This document shows, in pieces, positions 31,327 to 41,064 of a DNA stretch of 64,000 bases; positions within the stretch are counted from its first letter, which is position 1; every line of letters begins with the position of its first letter. The notes under the pieces are model-generated. The model did no database searches. It was not told the origin of the DNA and saw only the letters and a program-made list of their open reading frames with translations. A program made the translations under genes and the position numbers. The stretch is taken from positions 2,944,001 to 3,008,000 of the forward strand of contig CAWGAA010000001.1 in assembly GCA_963820525.1 (NCBI GenBank). The letters run 5' to 3'. The stretch comes from an uncultured Spirochaetota bacterium. GTDB lineage: Bacteria; Spirochaetota; Spirochaetia; SZUA-6; Fen-1364.

Positions 31327-32156
31327 AGGAAAGGGCGGTCAAGGTCTGCGTGATAACGGGTTTCGGCATCAATGCCGACGAGGAGCTGGCCCAGGCCTTC
31401 GGGATGGCGGGGGCGGAAGCCGACCGCGTTCACGTGAGCGATCTCATCGAGGAGCCGGGGCGCGTGCTTTCCTACAACATCCTTGCCTTTCCCGGGGGCT
31501 TCTCCTTCGGTGACCATCTCGGCTCCGGCAAGGTCTTCGCTATCCTCTTCAAGAGAAACCTCAAGACCGTCATGGAGGAGTTCGTCGCCTCGGGCGGCCT
31601 CGTCATCGGGATTTGCAACGGCTTCCAGGTGCTCGTGAAGATGGGCCTCCTGCCCAACCTTTCCGGCGGCTGGCAGCAGGAGGTCTCCCTCATCCACAAT
31701 GATTCGGGCAAGTTCGAAGACAGGTGGGTGCGGGTTTCCTTCGACCCCGCGAGCCCCTGCCTCTGGACGCGGGGCCTCGCCCCCATGGACCTCCAGGTCC
31801 GTCATGGGGAGGGGAAGTTCGTGGTCCGTTCGACGGAAGTCCTCAAGGCCCTCGAGTCCCGAAGGCTCGCCGTGGCGCGCTATTCTTCCCGCGACGGGAC
31901 TCCGGCCGCTTATCCCGACAATCCCAACGGCTCGGTGGCGGCAATCGCCGGCATTTGCGACCCCAGCGGAAGGATCTTCGGCATCATGCCTCATCCGGAA
32001 GCCTTCCTGTTTCCCCAGACTCATCCGGACTGGGCGCGGGAGAGAATCGCGTGGGCCAGAGACCGCCTCTCCCCGCGTGAAACGGCTTCCGCGGACCTTC
32101 CTCCCGGCCTCGCCCTTATCCGGGGAGGGGTTGTCGCAGCGCGGGAGAGCAGCTGA
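31323..32156 (+). CDS. purQ: FGAM synthase glutaminase subunit
   Basis: Motifs 'PGGFSFGD', 'GICNGFQ', 'NPNGS', 'MPHPE'. GTG overlaps the purL stop. Confidence 0.96.
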   Translation: MKERAVKVCVITGFGINADEELAQAFGMAGAEADRVHVSDLIEEPGRVLSYNILAFPGGFSFGDHLGSGKVFAILFKRNLKTVMEEFVASGGLVIGICNGFQVLVKMGLLPNLSGGWQQEVSLIHNDSGKFEDRWVRVSFDPASPCLWTRGLAPMDLQVRHGEGKFVVRSTEVLKALESRRLAVARYSSRDGTPAAYPDNPNGSVAAIAGICDPSGRIFGIMPHPEAFLFPQTHPDWARERIAWARDRLSPRETASADLPPGLALIRGGVVAARESS

Positions 32157-32298
32157 ATCCGCCGGAGTGACACCGCGCGCAAGCGGCAAATCCGCCCCGG
32201 CGAAATCCTTCGAATTGCCGTCGCGGGAGCGGCTGACGGCATTCGCCGGTCCCACCCGCTGAAAGCGGCCCGCCCGAAACACCCGCCCCGAAACGCGC

Positions 32299-32328
32299 TT
32301 GACAGTGTGAGAGGCTTTTTCCTATTAT
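32299..32328 (+). promoter_or_regulatory. Promoter of tRNA-Ala
   Basis: TTGACA-18 nt-TATTAT. Confidence 0.7.
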
Positions 32329-32403
32329 GGCGTGGTCTTAATCCACGGGTCGCCGTGTCATGGATTGTCGCCTGTTCGGCGAGCCGGCGGCGGCGTATGG
32401 TTT

Positions 32404-32477
32404 GGGGGCGTAGCTCAGTTGGCTAGAGCGCCTGAATGGCATTCAGGAGGTCGTGGGTTCAATTCCCGTCGCCTCCA
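32404..32477 (+). tRNA. tRNA-Ala(GGC)
   Basis: GGGGGCGTAGCTCAG...TGGCA...GGTTCAATTCCCGTCGCCTCCA with the G3.U70 Ala determinant. CCA is not encoded. Confidence 0.97.
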
Positions 32478-32496
32478 CTCAGACCAGTAAAGCTCG

Positions 32497-34137
32497 ATGG
32501 CAAAAAACAACGGGTCTTCGAAGGATGGTCTCGATCCCGAACTCGCCCAGCTCCTCTCGATAGAGGGGCCCGGCCAGCAGGGCGAAGGAAGCCCGGAGTT
32601 CAATACCCTCTTCACCGATGAAAAAGCGGCAGGGCCGGCCGCTGAAATAGACGTCACCAAGAAGGTCTTCGAGCCCATCACCAAGTTCCAGGAGGAGCCC
32701 AAGCCTTACTTCCAGGACAAGGACTTCTACAAGAAAGTGCTTGCAGGCGAGGGCGAGTACGGCCAGAGGGTTCATGAGCTCCTGGGCAAGTTCATGAAGG
32801 CAACCGACATCGAGGAGAAGTCCAAGTTCCGGGCCCAGCTCATTTCTGCGTACTGGGAGTTTGCGGGAAGCGTGGCGGGCCGCGTGGGCAAGGACCTCCC
32901 GACCCCGAAGAGACTGCTCCTTCGATTCGGCATACTGTCTCCCGGCTTCCTCGCGGCCGAGCATCGCGACATGGTGTCGCGCATCATAGCCGAAAACACC
33001 ACCGGCGAGCCGATCTGGTACCTCGATGAGTGGCTGGAGCAGGTCGCCGCGGGACTGGTCCGTCCCTCCTCCACGGACGAGATCAAGCAGATCCACAAGG
33101 ATGCCGGCCAGAAGCTCGTGGACGAGGTGGAGCGGAAGAAGGGCGTTCGGGAAACGGAGCTCACCCTCCTCAGGGGCAAGATCGGCCAGATGGAGGAGCG
33201 GGAGGCGATCCTGCGCGAGCAGGTGGAGACCCTCACCACGCACGAGACGCGTTTCGAGTTTGGAGGCCTCAAGGCCTCCTTCAACGCGGCGCAGAAGGCG
33301 GCGTTCTCCCAGATCCAGGAGAGCCTGCGGCAGATCACCTCTCTGGACGCCCAGATAACCTCCTCCTACGCCGCCCTTTCCAACATCGACAAAGACCTTG
33401 AATCGCTGGCGCGGAAATCAGACGGGGTCTCCTTCGACAATGTCGCGGACCAGAAGACCGTGGCGCAGGAGTTTCAGAGCATTCGCCAGATGGCGAAGAT
33501 GACGGTCGGCCGTAAGGGAAACCACTTCCCCATCTTCCTGGCCCAATTCGTCCGGCCCGTGCTCCGCGAGATCGGGATCCGGGAAAACGTGATCGCCGCG
33601 ATGACCCAGGTGGAGGCGCTGGACCCGGGGCTTTTCATCCGGACCCATAAGCAGCAGAACGCCCGGATCGTTCCCAACATCCTGCTTCTGCCCAGCTACG
33701 GAGACACGGGGATATGCTGGGAGCCCTTCGAGAAGTTCAACCGCGCCACCAGCCGCGGCCGCATCGCGATTCCCATGTTCCCCAAGAACCTCCAGGTCAC
33801 CGTGCTCACCGCCCTGGCAGACCTGCGCTGGCATGTTGCCAAGGAAAAGGCGGCATACTACTGGATGGAAGAGGGCATTACGGGCAAGTACTACCAGTGG
33901 TTCACGGAGTGCAAGCTCAAGGGCGACGTGCGTGAGTACTTCATCCGCGACTACATGATCTGGATAACCAAGGAGAGCCAGGGGACGCAGAAGCTGGACC
34001 GGGATGTGCGCGGCATCTTCTGGCGCCTGATGCCCTTCCCGCAGGCCATCAAGGACAATCTGAAAAACCGGGGATTCGTTTACAGCGATTTGTATAAAAA
34101 GGACCAGAACATCGCCCGCTCAGACGGCTACTGCTGA
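32497..34137 (+). CDS. Hypothetical soluble protein with central coiled coil (546 aa)
   Basis: Long ORF with host-like codon usage and a heptad-rich middle. No recognised catalytic motif. Confidence 0.85.
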   Translation: MAKNNGSSKDGLDPELAQLLSIEGPGQQGEGSPEFNTLFTDEKAAGPAAEIDVTKKVFEPITKFQEEPKPYFQDKDFYKKVLAGEGEYGQRVHELLGKFMKATDIEEKSKFRAQLISAYWEFAGSVAGRVGKDLPTPKRLLLRFGILSPGFLAAEHRDMVSRIIAENTTGEPIWYLDEWLEQVAAGLVRPSSTDEIKQIHKDAGQKLVDEVERKKGVRETELTLLRGKIGQMEEREAILREQVETLTTHETRFEFGGLKASFNAAQKAAFSQIQESLRQITSLDAQITSSYAALSNIDKDLESLARKSDGVSFDNVADQKTVAQEFQSIRQMAKMTVGRKGNHFPIFLAQFVRPVLREIGIRENVIAAMTQVEALDPGLFIRTHKQQNARIVPNILLLPSYGDTGICWEPFEKFNRATSRGRIAIPMFPKNLQVTVLTALADLRWHVAKEKAAYYWMEEGITGKYYQWFTECKLKGDVREYFIRDYMIWITKESQGTQKLDRDVRGIFWRLMPFPQAIKDNLKNRGFVYSDLYKKDQNIARSDGYC

Positions 34138-34221
34138 TCGTGCCCCGGACGAGGTCGCGTCCGAATACCGCGGGCAGGGCGCCCGCTCATCAGGGGCTCG
34201 GCGCCTCGAATCCGAGATCTC

Positions 34222-34740
34222 CTACAGGAAACGCACCACCTCGTCCAGGCTTTTGCGCTCTTTTTCATTTTTCCGAATGAAATCCGGCCGGGGATATCCC
34301 AAAGGGGTCATGCAGAAAACATCTTCGGCCTGGGTAAGGCCGAGGGCTTTTCGAAGCGATCCCGGATCATACGCGGCGATCCAGCAGTTGCCCACTCCCT
34401 CGTTTTCCGCCGCGAGGATCATGTGGTCCATCGCGATGGCAAGGTCCGTCTCAAGCGAGTTGAAGCCGTCTTCCTGCCGTGTCCATGCTTCCGCTGCTTT
34501 TCCAACCACCACCAGGACGTGGGGAGCATCGCGAAACCATGGCTTGGCGTAGCACTGCCGCACCCGCGACAAAGCCTCCGGCGAGGTGACGAGGAGAAAC
34601 CTCCAGGGTTGGCGGTTCGCGGCCGAGGGAGCCATTCGACCCGCCTCCAGGATGCGCAGGAGCACATTCCTTTCCACAGGGCGGGAGGGATCGAAGCTTC
34701 TGACGCTCTCGCGCCGACGGATCAGCTCGCCGTACTCCAT
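34222..34740 (-). CDS. Nitroreductase-family protein
   Basis: Motifs 'RRESVRSF', 'APSAANRQPWRF', 'MILAAENEGVGNCWI', 'PLGYP'. Confidence 0.95.
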   Translation of the reverse strand: MEYGELIRRRESVRSFDPSRPVERNVLLRILEAGRMAPSAANRQPWRFLLVTSPEALSRVRQCYAKPWFRDAPHVLVVVGKAAEAWTRQEDGFNSLETDLAIAMDHMILAAENEGVGNCWIAAYDPGSLRKALGLTQAEDVFCMTPLGYPRPDFIRKNEKERKSLDEVVRFL

Positions 34741-34741
34741 G

Positions 34742-35014
34742 TCACTTCCTCTTTTTGAAGAGCTGGGGGATGTGTTTCTCGAGATTGAAGCGCACGACGG
34801 CCTTTTTCATCAGCCAGCCATAGATGAAGAACGCGAGAACGATCGACGCGAGGAATCCGAGGAAGAGCACGATCTGGAATATCACCGGGTTGGATCGGAG
34901 TCCGGGGATGAGGCCGGCAATCACGACGATGACGGCGAGCATGATGAAAATCAGGGCCATGTTGAAGACGAACGCGATTATCATGAAAAGGATCAGGTTT
35001 GTCGTTTTGCTCAT
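34742..35014 (-). CDS. Small 2-TM membrane protein downstream of lspA
   Basis: ATG overlaps the lspA stop. Two hydrophobic helices. Confidence 0.75.
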   Translation of the reverse strand: MSKTTNLILFMIIAFVFNMALIFIMLAVIVVIAGLIPGLRSNPVIFQIVLFLGFLASIVLAFFIYGWLMKKAVVRFNLEKHIPQLFKKRK

Positions 35015-35538
35015 TTTTTGGCTCCCGAAGGGACAAGGAAGGATATGAAGAGCAGTATCCCCGCCACGACCACCGTCATGTCGGCGATGTTGAAGGTCGG
35101 CCATCTCTCAAGGCCCAGGATCCCGTAGAACTTGAAATCGAGGAAGTCGACGACCCCGGCGGGCCGGAAGATCCGGTCGACGTAGTTGCCGAGGCCGCCC
35201 CCGATCAGGGCCGCGAAGCACCATTTCTGGAACCCGGTGATCTCGTCTCGGGTGAAGAGGTAGTAGAGGAAGATGATGGCGATCACCACCAGGGGGAGCA
35301 GCCCGAAGAGGGTCCGCTGCGTTCCCATGGGGAGGTTGCGGCCGATGCTGAACGCGATGGCCGTGTTCTGCACGCGAACGATGCGGAAGAAGTCCCCGAT
35401 CACGCTCACCGGATGCCCGTAGGGGACGAGGCGGATCACGATGAGCTTGGCGATCTGGTCCAGGAGAATGATCCCCGCCGAAAGAGAGAGAGGGATGAGC
35501 CGAGATTTGAGGTCCCTTTTCTTTTTTCCCAACAGCAT
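35011..35538 (-). CDS. lspA: Signal peptidase II
   Basis: Motifs 'DQIAK', 'NTAIAFS', 'GGLGNYVDR', 'VVDF', 'WPTFNIAD'. Confidence 0.96.
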   Translation of the reverse strand: MLLGKKKRDLKSRLIPLSLSAGIILLDQIAKLIVIRLVPYGHPVSVIGDFFRIVRVQNTAIAFSIGRNLPMGTQRTLFGLLPLVVIAIIFLYYLFTRDEITGFQKWCFAALIGGGLGNYVDRIFRPAGVVDFLDFKFYGILGLERWPTFNIADMTVVVAGILLFISFLVPSGAKK

Positions 35539-36300
35539 CTATAACCCCGTCGGTAGATCGAGATAATGGGTTTCCAGGCCGGTCTCCCGCGCCAGCTTTT
35601 CGCACAGGAGCCGCACCCCGAAAGTTTCCGTAAAGTAATGTCCCGCAAAGATAACATGGATTCCCGCCTCGAGGCAATCGTGATAGATCCCATGGGCCGG
35701 CTCCCCCGTGACGTAGAGGTCGAGGCCCTCGCGCACCGCCTGCTGGGACTCGAAGGGCGCCCCCCCCGACACGATGCCGACGCTCCGCACCTCCTTCGGC
35801 CCGAAGGGGAGAGAACGGACGGCAGTCGAGTCGCCGCCGGTGAGCCTGCCGGCCACCTCCTCCACGGTCATGGGCGAGGGGAGCACCCCCTTGAAGCCGA
35901 CCTTGACGCCCTTGTATTCGCCGAAGGGCTCGATCTCTTCCAGGCCGAGGTGCCGGGCGATCGCGATGTTGTTGCCCACCTCGGGGTGCATGTCCAGGGG
36001 AAGGTGAGCTGCGAACAAGGCGATGTCCTTTTCCACCAGGAGGCGCACCCTCTGGTACAACGTGCCGTCGAGCCGCACGGGGGCGCCCCAGAAGATGCCG
36101 TGGTGTACCAGGAGCATATCCGCCCCCCATTGGGCCGCCCTTCGGAAGGCTTCCCGGGAAGCGTCGACGGCAAAGGCGACCTTCGTCACCTCCTGGCTGT
36201 TTCGGGAAACCTGGATTCCGTTCTGGCTGGGGTCGATGGCCTGGGTGAGCTCGAAATGCAGCAGGTCTCTCAGCCACGTGTCGAGATCCTTGAGCTTCAT
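35539..36300 (-). CDS. Nif3/YbgI dinuclear metal-centre protein
   Basis: Motifs 'NGIQV', 'VHHGIFW', 'HLPLDMHPEVGNN', 'YVTGE', 'AGHYFTE'. Confidence 0.96.
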   Translation of the reverse strand: MKLKDLDTWLRDLLHFELTQAIDPSQNGIQVSRNSQEVTKVAFAVDASREAFRRAAQWGADMLLVHHGIFWGAPVRLDGTLYQRVRLLVEKDIALFAAHLPLDMHPEVGNNIAIARHLGLEEIEPFGEYKGVKVGFKGVLPSPMTVEEVAGRLTGGDSTAVRSLPFGPKEVRSVGIVSGGAPFESQQAVREGLDLYVTGEPAHGIYHDCLEAGIHVIFAGHYFTETFGVRLLCEKLARETGLETHYLDLPTGL

Positions 36301-36435
36301 CGGGAAGGATTATACAGGAAAGCGCCGTGGGGTGGTACGTCGGGGCGATCACGCGTGTGATGGCCTGCCCGCTTGCGTTCACCCCCGCCATGCCATAAAG
36401 TCAAAGAAACCCGCCTTGCGGGGAGAGGAGGGGTC

Positions 36436-37803
36436 ATGGCTACCGCTTCTCGGCTATCCCGTTTCTCCAAGATCCTCTACGGCTCGGGCGACATCGGCTT
36501 CAGCCTCACAACAACGATCGTGGCCGCGTACTTCGCCATATTCCTCACGGATGTCGTGGGCCTGGCCCCCGCCGTTGCCGCGGCCGCCATCTTCATCGGC
36601 AGAAGCTGGGACTACGTGAACGATCCCATGATCGGCTACATCTCGGACAGCACCCGCACGCGGTGGGGCAGGCGGAGGCCTTTCCTCCTCTTCGGGGCGC
36701 TTCCCTTCGGCCTCGCCTTCGCCCTGATGTGGTGGAGGCCGCCCCTGGCGGGGCTTGCCCTTGCCGTGTACTACGGGGCCGCATACCTGCTCTTCGACAC
36801 GGCCGCCACGTTCGTCTATATGCCTTATTATGCCCTTACTCCCGAGCTCACCTCGGACTACGACGAGAGGACTTCGATCACATCGTATCGAATGTTCTTC
36901 TCAATCGCGGCGAGCCTCGTCGCCTTCACCGTGCCCATCGCCATAGTCGGAGCCTTCCGGCCGGAGAGCTCCGGCAGGGTGCTCACCATGGGGGGGATCT
37001 TCGGACTGGCCAGCGCGCTTCCCCTGTTCCTGGTTTTCTCCGGGACGCGCGAGAGGAAGGAGTACACGGAGGCGAAGCCTCCCCGGCTGCGTGAAACGCT
37101 CAAGGCGGCGCTGGGAAACAAGCCGCTCCTGCTCAGCCTGGGGATCTACATCTTCACCTGGGTCAGCATGGACATCATGCAGACCATCCTCCTGTACCTC
37201 ATCACCTACTGCTTCAAGCGGCAGGCTCAAAGCGACCTGATCATGGGAGTCATATTCGTCACGGCGATCGCCGCGCTTCCATTCTGGAACTGGGTGGCGC
37301 GGCGGTGGAACAAGAGGGCGGCCTATATCGCCGGGATCGCCTTTTGGGCCGCGGTCCAGCTCGTGATCATCACCCTTGGTCCCGGCACCGGCCTCGGCCC
37401 CATCATCGCCCTGTGCGTCATGGCGGGCATCGGCGTGGGAGCCGCGCACGTTCTGTCCTGGGCAATCCTGCCCGACGCCGTGGAGTGGGACGAATGGAAG
37501 ACCGGGGAAAGGCACGAGGGCACCTTTTACAGCCTGGTGACATTGTCCCAGAAGATCGCCTCTTCGGTGGCAATTCCCCTTGCCCTGCTTCTCCTGGGGG
37601 TGCTCGGCTACAAGGGCGGCGCCGCCGAGCAGCCGCCTTCCGCGCTTTTCGCAATCCGTCTCATCACCGGTCCCATTCCCGCCGTGCTTCTCTGCCTGGG
37701 AATCCTCTGCGCCATCCTCTATCCCGTGACTCGAACTATGCACGAGACGATCCTGAAGGACCTGGAGGCGAGGCGCGCGGCGAAAAAGGCGGACCCCCGG
37801 TGA
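36436..37803 (+). CDS. MFS glycoside-pentoside-hexuronide (MelB-like) symporter
   Basis: Motifs 'DYVNDPMIGYISDSTRTRWGRRRPF', 'ELTSDYDERT'. Confidence 0.93.
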   Translation: MATASRLSRFSKILYGSGDIGFSLTTTIVAAYFAIFLTDVVGLAPAVAAAAIFIGRSWDYVNDPMIGYISDSTRTRWGRRRPFLLFGALPFGLAFALMWWRPPLAGLALAVYYGAAYLLFDTAATFVYMPYYALTPELTSDYDERTSITSYRMFFSIAASLVAFTVPIAIVGAFRPESSGRVLTMGGIFGLASALPLFLVFSGTRERKEYTEAKPPRLRETLKAALGNKPLLLSLGIYIFTWVSMDIMQTILLYLITYCFKRQAQSDLIMGVIFVTAIAALPFWNWVARRWNKRAAYIAGIAFWAAVQLVIITLGPGTGLGPIIALCVMAGIGVGAAHVLSWAILPDAVEWDEWKTGERHEGTFYSLVTLSQKIASSVAIPLALLLLGVLGYKGGAAEQPPSALFAIRLITGPIPAVLLCLGILCAILYPVTRTMHETILKDLEARRAAKKADPR

Positions 37804-38933
37804 GCGGTATCGAGGTCCTCCCCGTCAAAAACGCCCGCGAAAAGCGGATCTTCCTCACCTTCCCCTGGCACGTCTACGCTCACGATCCCCTGTGGGTTCC
37901 GCCGCTCCTGCCCGAAAGGGCCAAGGCCATCGACCCCGCGCAAGGCGCGTTCTTCCAGCGGGGGGAGGCCGAGTTTTTCATTGCATGGCGGGATGGAATA
38001 CCGGCGGGCACGATTTGCGCCGGTGAGGACCGCGCCCTCAATGAGCGGGCACATAAGCGCGAGTGCATATTCGGCTTTTTTGAGTGCGTGGAGGACGGCG
38101 AGGTTGCCCGGGCCATGCTGGACCGGGTTTCCCGGTGGGGTGCGGACAGGGGGCTTACGTCGCTCTCCGGCCCCTTCAACCTGGATTACGAAGACTCCTA
38201 CGGCGTGCTGGTGGAAGGCAGGGACCGGCCCCCGGTGCTTCTCTGCGGGCACACGCCGCCCTACTACCAGGGGTTCTTGGAAAGCTACGGATTTCGCCCC
38301 CTTCGGGGAGACAATATCGCCTACGAGGTCGGCCTGGATTCGGAAGCCCCCGCCTTGCGCCGCGTAGCCTTGCTGGCGGAGAGGATCAGGAAAAAAGGGT
38401 GGATCTCCATCAGGACGCCGGATTTGAGCCGCTGGGAAGACGAGGTCGACGTGGTCCATAACCTCTTGAACCGCTCGACGGAACACCTGCCCGATTTCAG
38501 GCCCTACGAGCGGCAGGCCGTGGAGGCCCTGGTGGCTCCGTTTCGAAGCATCGCGGATCCCGACCTCATCCTCTTCGCGCAGGTGGACGGAAAGACCGTG
38601 GGGTGGTTCCCCGGCGTGGCGAACCTGAACGAGATCCTCATCCACGCCAACGGGCTTCGGTATCCCTGGGATCGCATCCGGGTTCTTCCCCACCTGAGAA
38701 AGAAGATCGCCTGTCTTACCATAAAGAGCGTCCTGGTCCTGCCCGAGTATTGGGGAAGCGGCGTCGCCCTCCTCCTGTTCGACGAGATGTCCAAGCGCGC
38801 CCGGGCCAAGGGGTACCGCTGGGTCGACCTCTCCCTCACCTCTGACGACAACCCCTATACGCCCGCCCTGGCTGCGCGCATGGGCGGACGCATCTACAAG
38901 CGCTACCGCGTCTACGGCAAAAAAGTGGGCTGA
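37800..38933 (+). CDS. YghO-like GNAT-fold protein
   Basis: Motifs 'DPLWVPPL', 'FGFFEC', 'HTPPYY', 'VLPEYWGSG', 'IYKRYRVY'. Confidence 0.85.
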   Translation: MSGIEVLPVKNAREKRIFLTFPWHVYAHDPLWVPPLLPERAKAIDPAQGAFFQRGEAEFFIAWRDGIPAGTICAGEDRALNERAHKRECIFGFFECVEDGEVARAMLDRVSRWGADRGLTSLSGPFNLDYEDSYGVLVEGRDRPPVLLCGHTPPYYQGFLESYGFRPLRGDNIAYEVGLDSEAPALRRVALLAERIRKKGWISIRTPDLSRWEDEVDVVHNLLNRSTEHLPDFRPYERQAVEALVAPFRSIADPDLILFAQVDGKTVGWFPGVANLNEILIHANGLRYPWDRIRVLPHLRKKIACLTIKSVLVLPEYWGSGVALLLFDEMSKRARAKGYRWVDLSLTSDDNPYTPALAARMGGRIYKRYRVYGKKVG

Positions 38934-39024
38934 GCAGGCTCATCCCACGGCTTGACATGATTTTTGGTTCTGGGGCACTCTAATGTGACTTTTTTTGTAA
39001 ACATTCAGGCAAAAGGAGATTGCC

Positions 39025-40188
39025 ATGAACTATTTCCTCACTGAAGAGCAGAAAATGATAAAAGACTTGGCGGCCCAGGTTGCCAAGGAGAAGATCGCCC
39101 CTATCGCGGCGGAGTTCGACGAGTCCGGCGAGTTCCCCTGGGAGGTCGTGAAAACCCTGGCCAAGGCCGACCTGTATCGGGTATTCATCCCCACGGAGTA
39201 CGAGGGGCTTGGCGGCGGGATCATGGAGATGGCCCTCGTGGTCGAGGAGCTTTCCAAGGCCTGCGGCGGGATCGCCCTGTGCTATGCCGCCTCCGGGCTG
39301 GGCACCATCCCCATAATCCTGTTCGGCACCGAAGAGCAGAAGAAGAAGTACCTGCCGCGCCTGGCGGCCGGCGAGATCCTGGGGGCCTTTGCCCTCACCG
39401 AGGCCAATGCGGGAAGCGACGCGGCCGGGGTAAAAACCAAGGCTATTGCCGACGGCGACAACTACATCATGAACGGCACAAAGCAGTGGATATCCAACGG
39501 CGGGGAGGCCTTCATTTATACCGTCATTGCCCTCACGGATCCCACCCGGGGAGTACGGGGATCATCGGCAATCCTCGTTGAAAAGGACACCCCGGGATTC
39601 ACTTTTGGAAAAAAGGAAAACAAGATGGGGATCCGCGGCTCAACCACCCGCGAGCTGATTTTCCAGGACTGCAAGGTGCCCAAGGCCAACCTCCTGGGCA
39701 AGGAAGGCATGGGATTCCTGGTGGCCATGAAGACCCTGGACCAGTCGCGGCCCGGCGTCGCGGCCCAGGCCTTGGGGATTGCCCAGGGAGCCCTGGACAA
39801 GGCCGTGGAGTATTCGCGGGAGCGTGTGCAGTTCGGAAAGCCCATCTCGTCGTTTCAGGGCATGCAGTTCATGCTGGCCGACATGGCAACCCAGGTGGAG
39901 GCTGCCCGCGCCCTCACATACTATGCGGCGCGGACTATCGACTCGGGCGAAAAGGACGTTGCCAAGATCGCGTCCATGGCCAAGGTTTTCGCCTCCGACA
40001 CCGCGATGCGGGTCACCACGGACGCCGTGCAGGTGTTCGGCGGTTACGGCTACATGAAGGAATACCCCGTGGAGAAGATGATGCGGGACGCCAAGATCAC
40101 CCAGATCTACGAGGGCACCAACCAGATCCAGCGGGAGGTGATCGCTCTCCACATGATCAAAGAGAGCGTGCGCTCTTCCAAGAAGTGA
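39025..40188 (+). CDS. Acyl-CoA dehydrogenase (butyryl-CoA dehydrogenase-like)
   Basis: Motifs 'FALTEANAGSDA', 'NGTKQWISNG', 'RVQFGKPI', 'RDAKITQIYEGTNQIQR'. Confidence 0.96.
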   Translation: MNYFLTEEQKMIKDLAAQVAKEKIAPIAAEFDESGEFPWEVVKTLAKADLYRVFIPTEYEGLGGGIMEMALVVEELSKACGGIALCYAASGLGTIPIILFGTEEQKKKYLPRLAAGEILGAFALTEANAGSDAAGVKTKAIADGDNYIMNGTKQWISNGGEAFIYTVIALTDPTRGVRGSSAILVEKDTPGFTFGKKENKMGIRGSTTRELIFQDCKVPKANLLGKEGMGFLVAMKTLDQSRPGVAAQALGIAQGALDKAVEYSRERVQFGKPISSFQGMQFMLADMATQVEAARALTYYAARTIDSGEKDVAKIASMAKVFASDTAMRVTTDAVQVFGGYGYMKEYPVEKMMRDAKITQIYEGTNQIQREVIALHMIKESVRSSKK

Positions 40189-40198
40189 GGACACGCGC

Positions 40199-40996
40199 GT
40201 GAAGGTCATCGTCTGCATCAAGCAGGTCCCCGACACCACCAATGTCCGCATCAACCCGGAGACCAACACCCTGGTGCGGGAAGGGGTCCAGTCCATCATC
40301 AACCCCTTCGACGTGTACGCCCTTGAAGAGGGCGTCCGCATCAAGGAGAAGCACGGCGGCACCGTTGTCGTGATCACCATGGGCCCGCCCCAGGCGGCGG
40401 AAGCGCTCCGCGAGGCCATCTCCCTGGGGGCCGACGACGCGTTCCTCATCTCCGACAGGGCCTTTGCCGGAGCCGACACCCTGGCCACCGCGTATGCACT
40501 TGCCTGCGGCATCCGCAAGCTCGGTGGCGCCGACATCGTGCTCATGGGCCGCCAGGCGATCGACGGCGACACGGGGCAGGTCGGCCCCGGCGTGGCGGAG
40601 AACCTGGGCATTTCGCATATCACCGACATCAGGAAGATCGAGGAGATTGCCGAGGGGAAGATCACCGTGGAGCGGCTCCTGGAGGAAGGATACGCCAGGC
40701 TCCGCACCGGCCTTCCGGTGGTGCTTACCGTGGTGAAGGAGATCAACGAGCCGCGGCTGCCCTCCTTGAAAGGGAAGATCGCGGCCAAGAAAAAAGAGAT
40801 CGTCGTCTTGAAGGCGGCCGATATCGGCGCGGACCTCGAACGGGTTGGCCTGAACGGATCTCCCACGCAGGTCATGAAGATCTTCACGCCACCAAAGCCC
40901 TCGGGCGGCAAGAAGTTCACCGGAGAGCCGTCCCGCACGGTGGCGCAGCTCCTCGACGAGCTCACCGCCGCGGGAATCACAATCAGGAAGAGTTAG
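40199..40996 (+). CDS. etfB: Electron transfer flavoprotein beta subunit
   Basis: Motifs 'VCIKQVPDT', 'GADTLAT', 'GRQAIDGDTGQVGP', 'INEPRLPS'. Confidence 0.97.
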   Translation: MKVIVCIKQVPDTTNVRINPETNTLVREGVQSIINPFDVYALEEGVRIKEKHGGTVVVITMGPPQAAEALREAISLGADDAFLISDRAFAGADTLATAYALACGIRKLGGADIVLMGRQAIDGDTGQVGPGVAENLGISHITDIRKIEEIAEGKITVERLLEEGYARLRTGLPVVLTVVKEINEPRLPSLKGKIAAKKKEIVVLKAADIGADLERVGLNGSPTQVMKIFTPPKPSGGKKFTGEPSRTVAQLLDELTAAGITIRKS

Positions 40997-41064
40997 AGGC
41001 GGCGGGCGCCGGCCGTGAAGGCCGCAATGGCCATGAGGCGGCCCGTCCCTTGGAGAGAAACGGC

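Noticed and set aside
38983..39002. Rex operator upstream of the acyl-CoA dehydrogenase/etf operon (ATGTGACTTTTTTGTAAA)
   Set aside because: Only one half-site resembles TTGTGAA-N4-TTCACAA, too weak to call.
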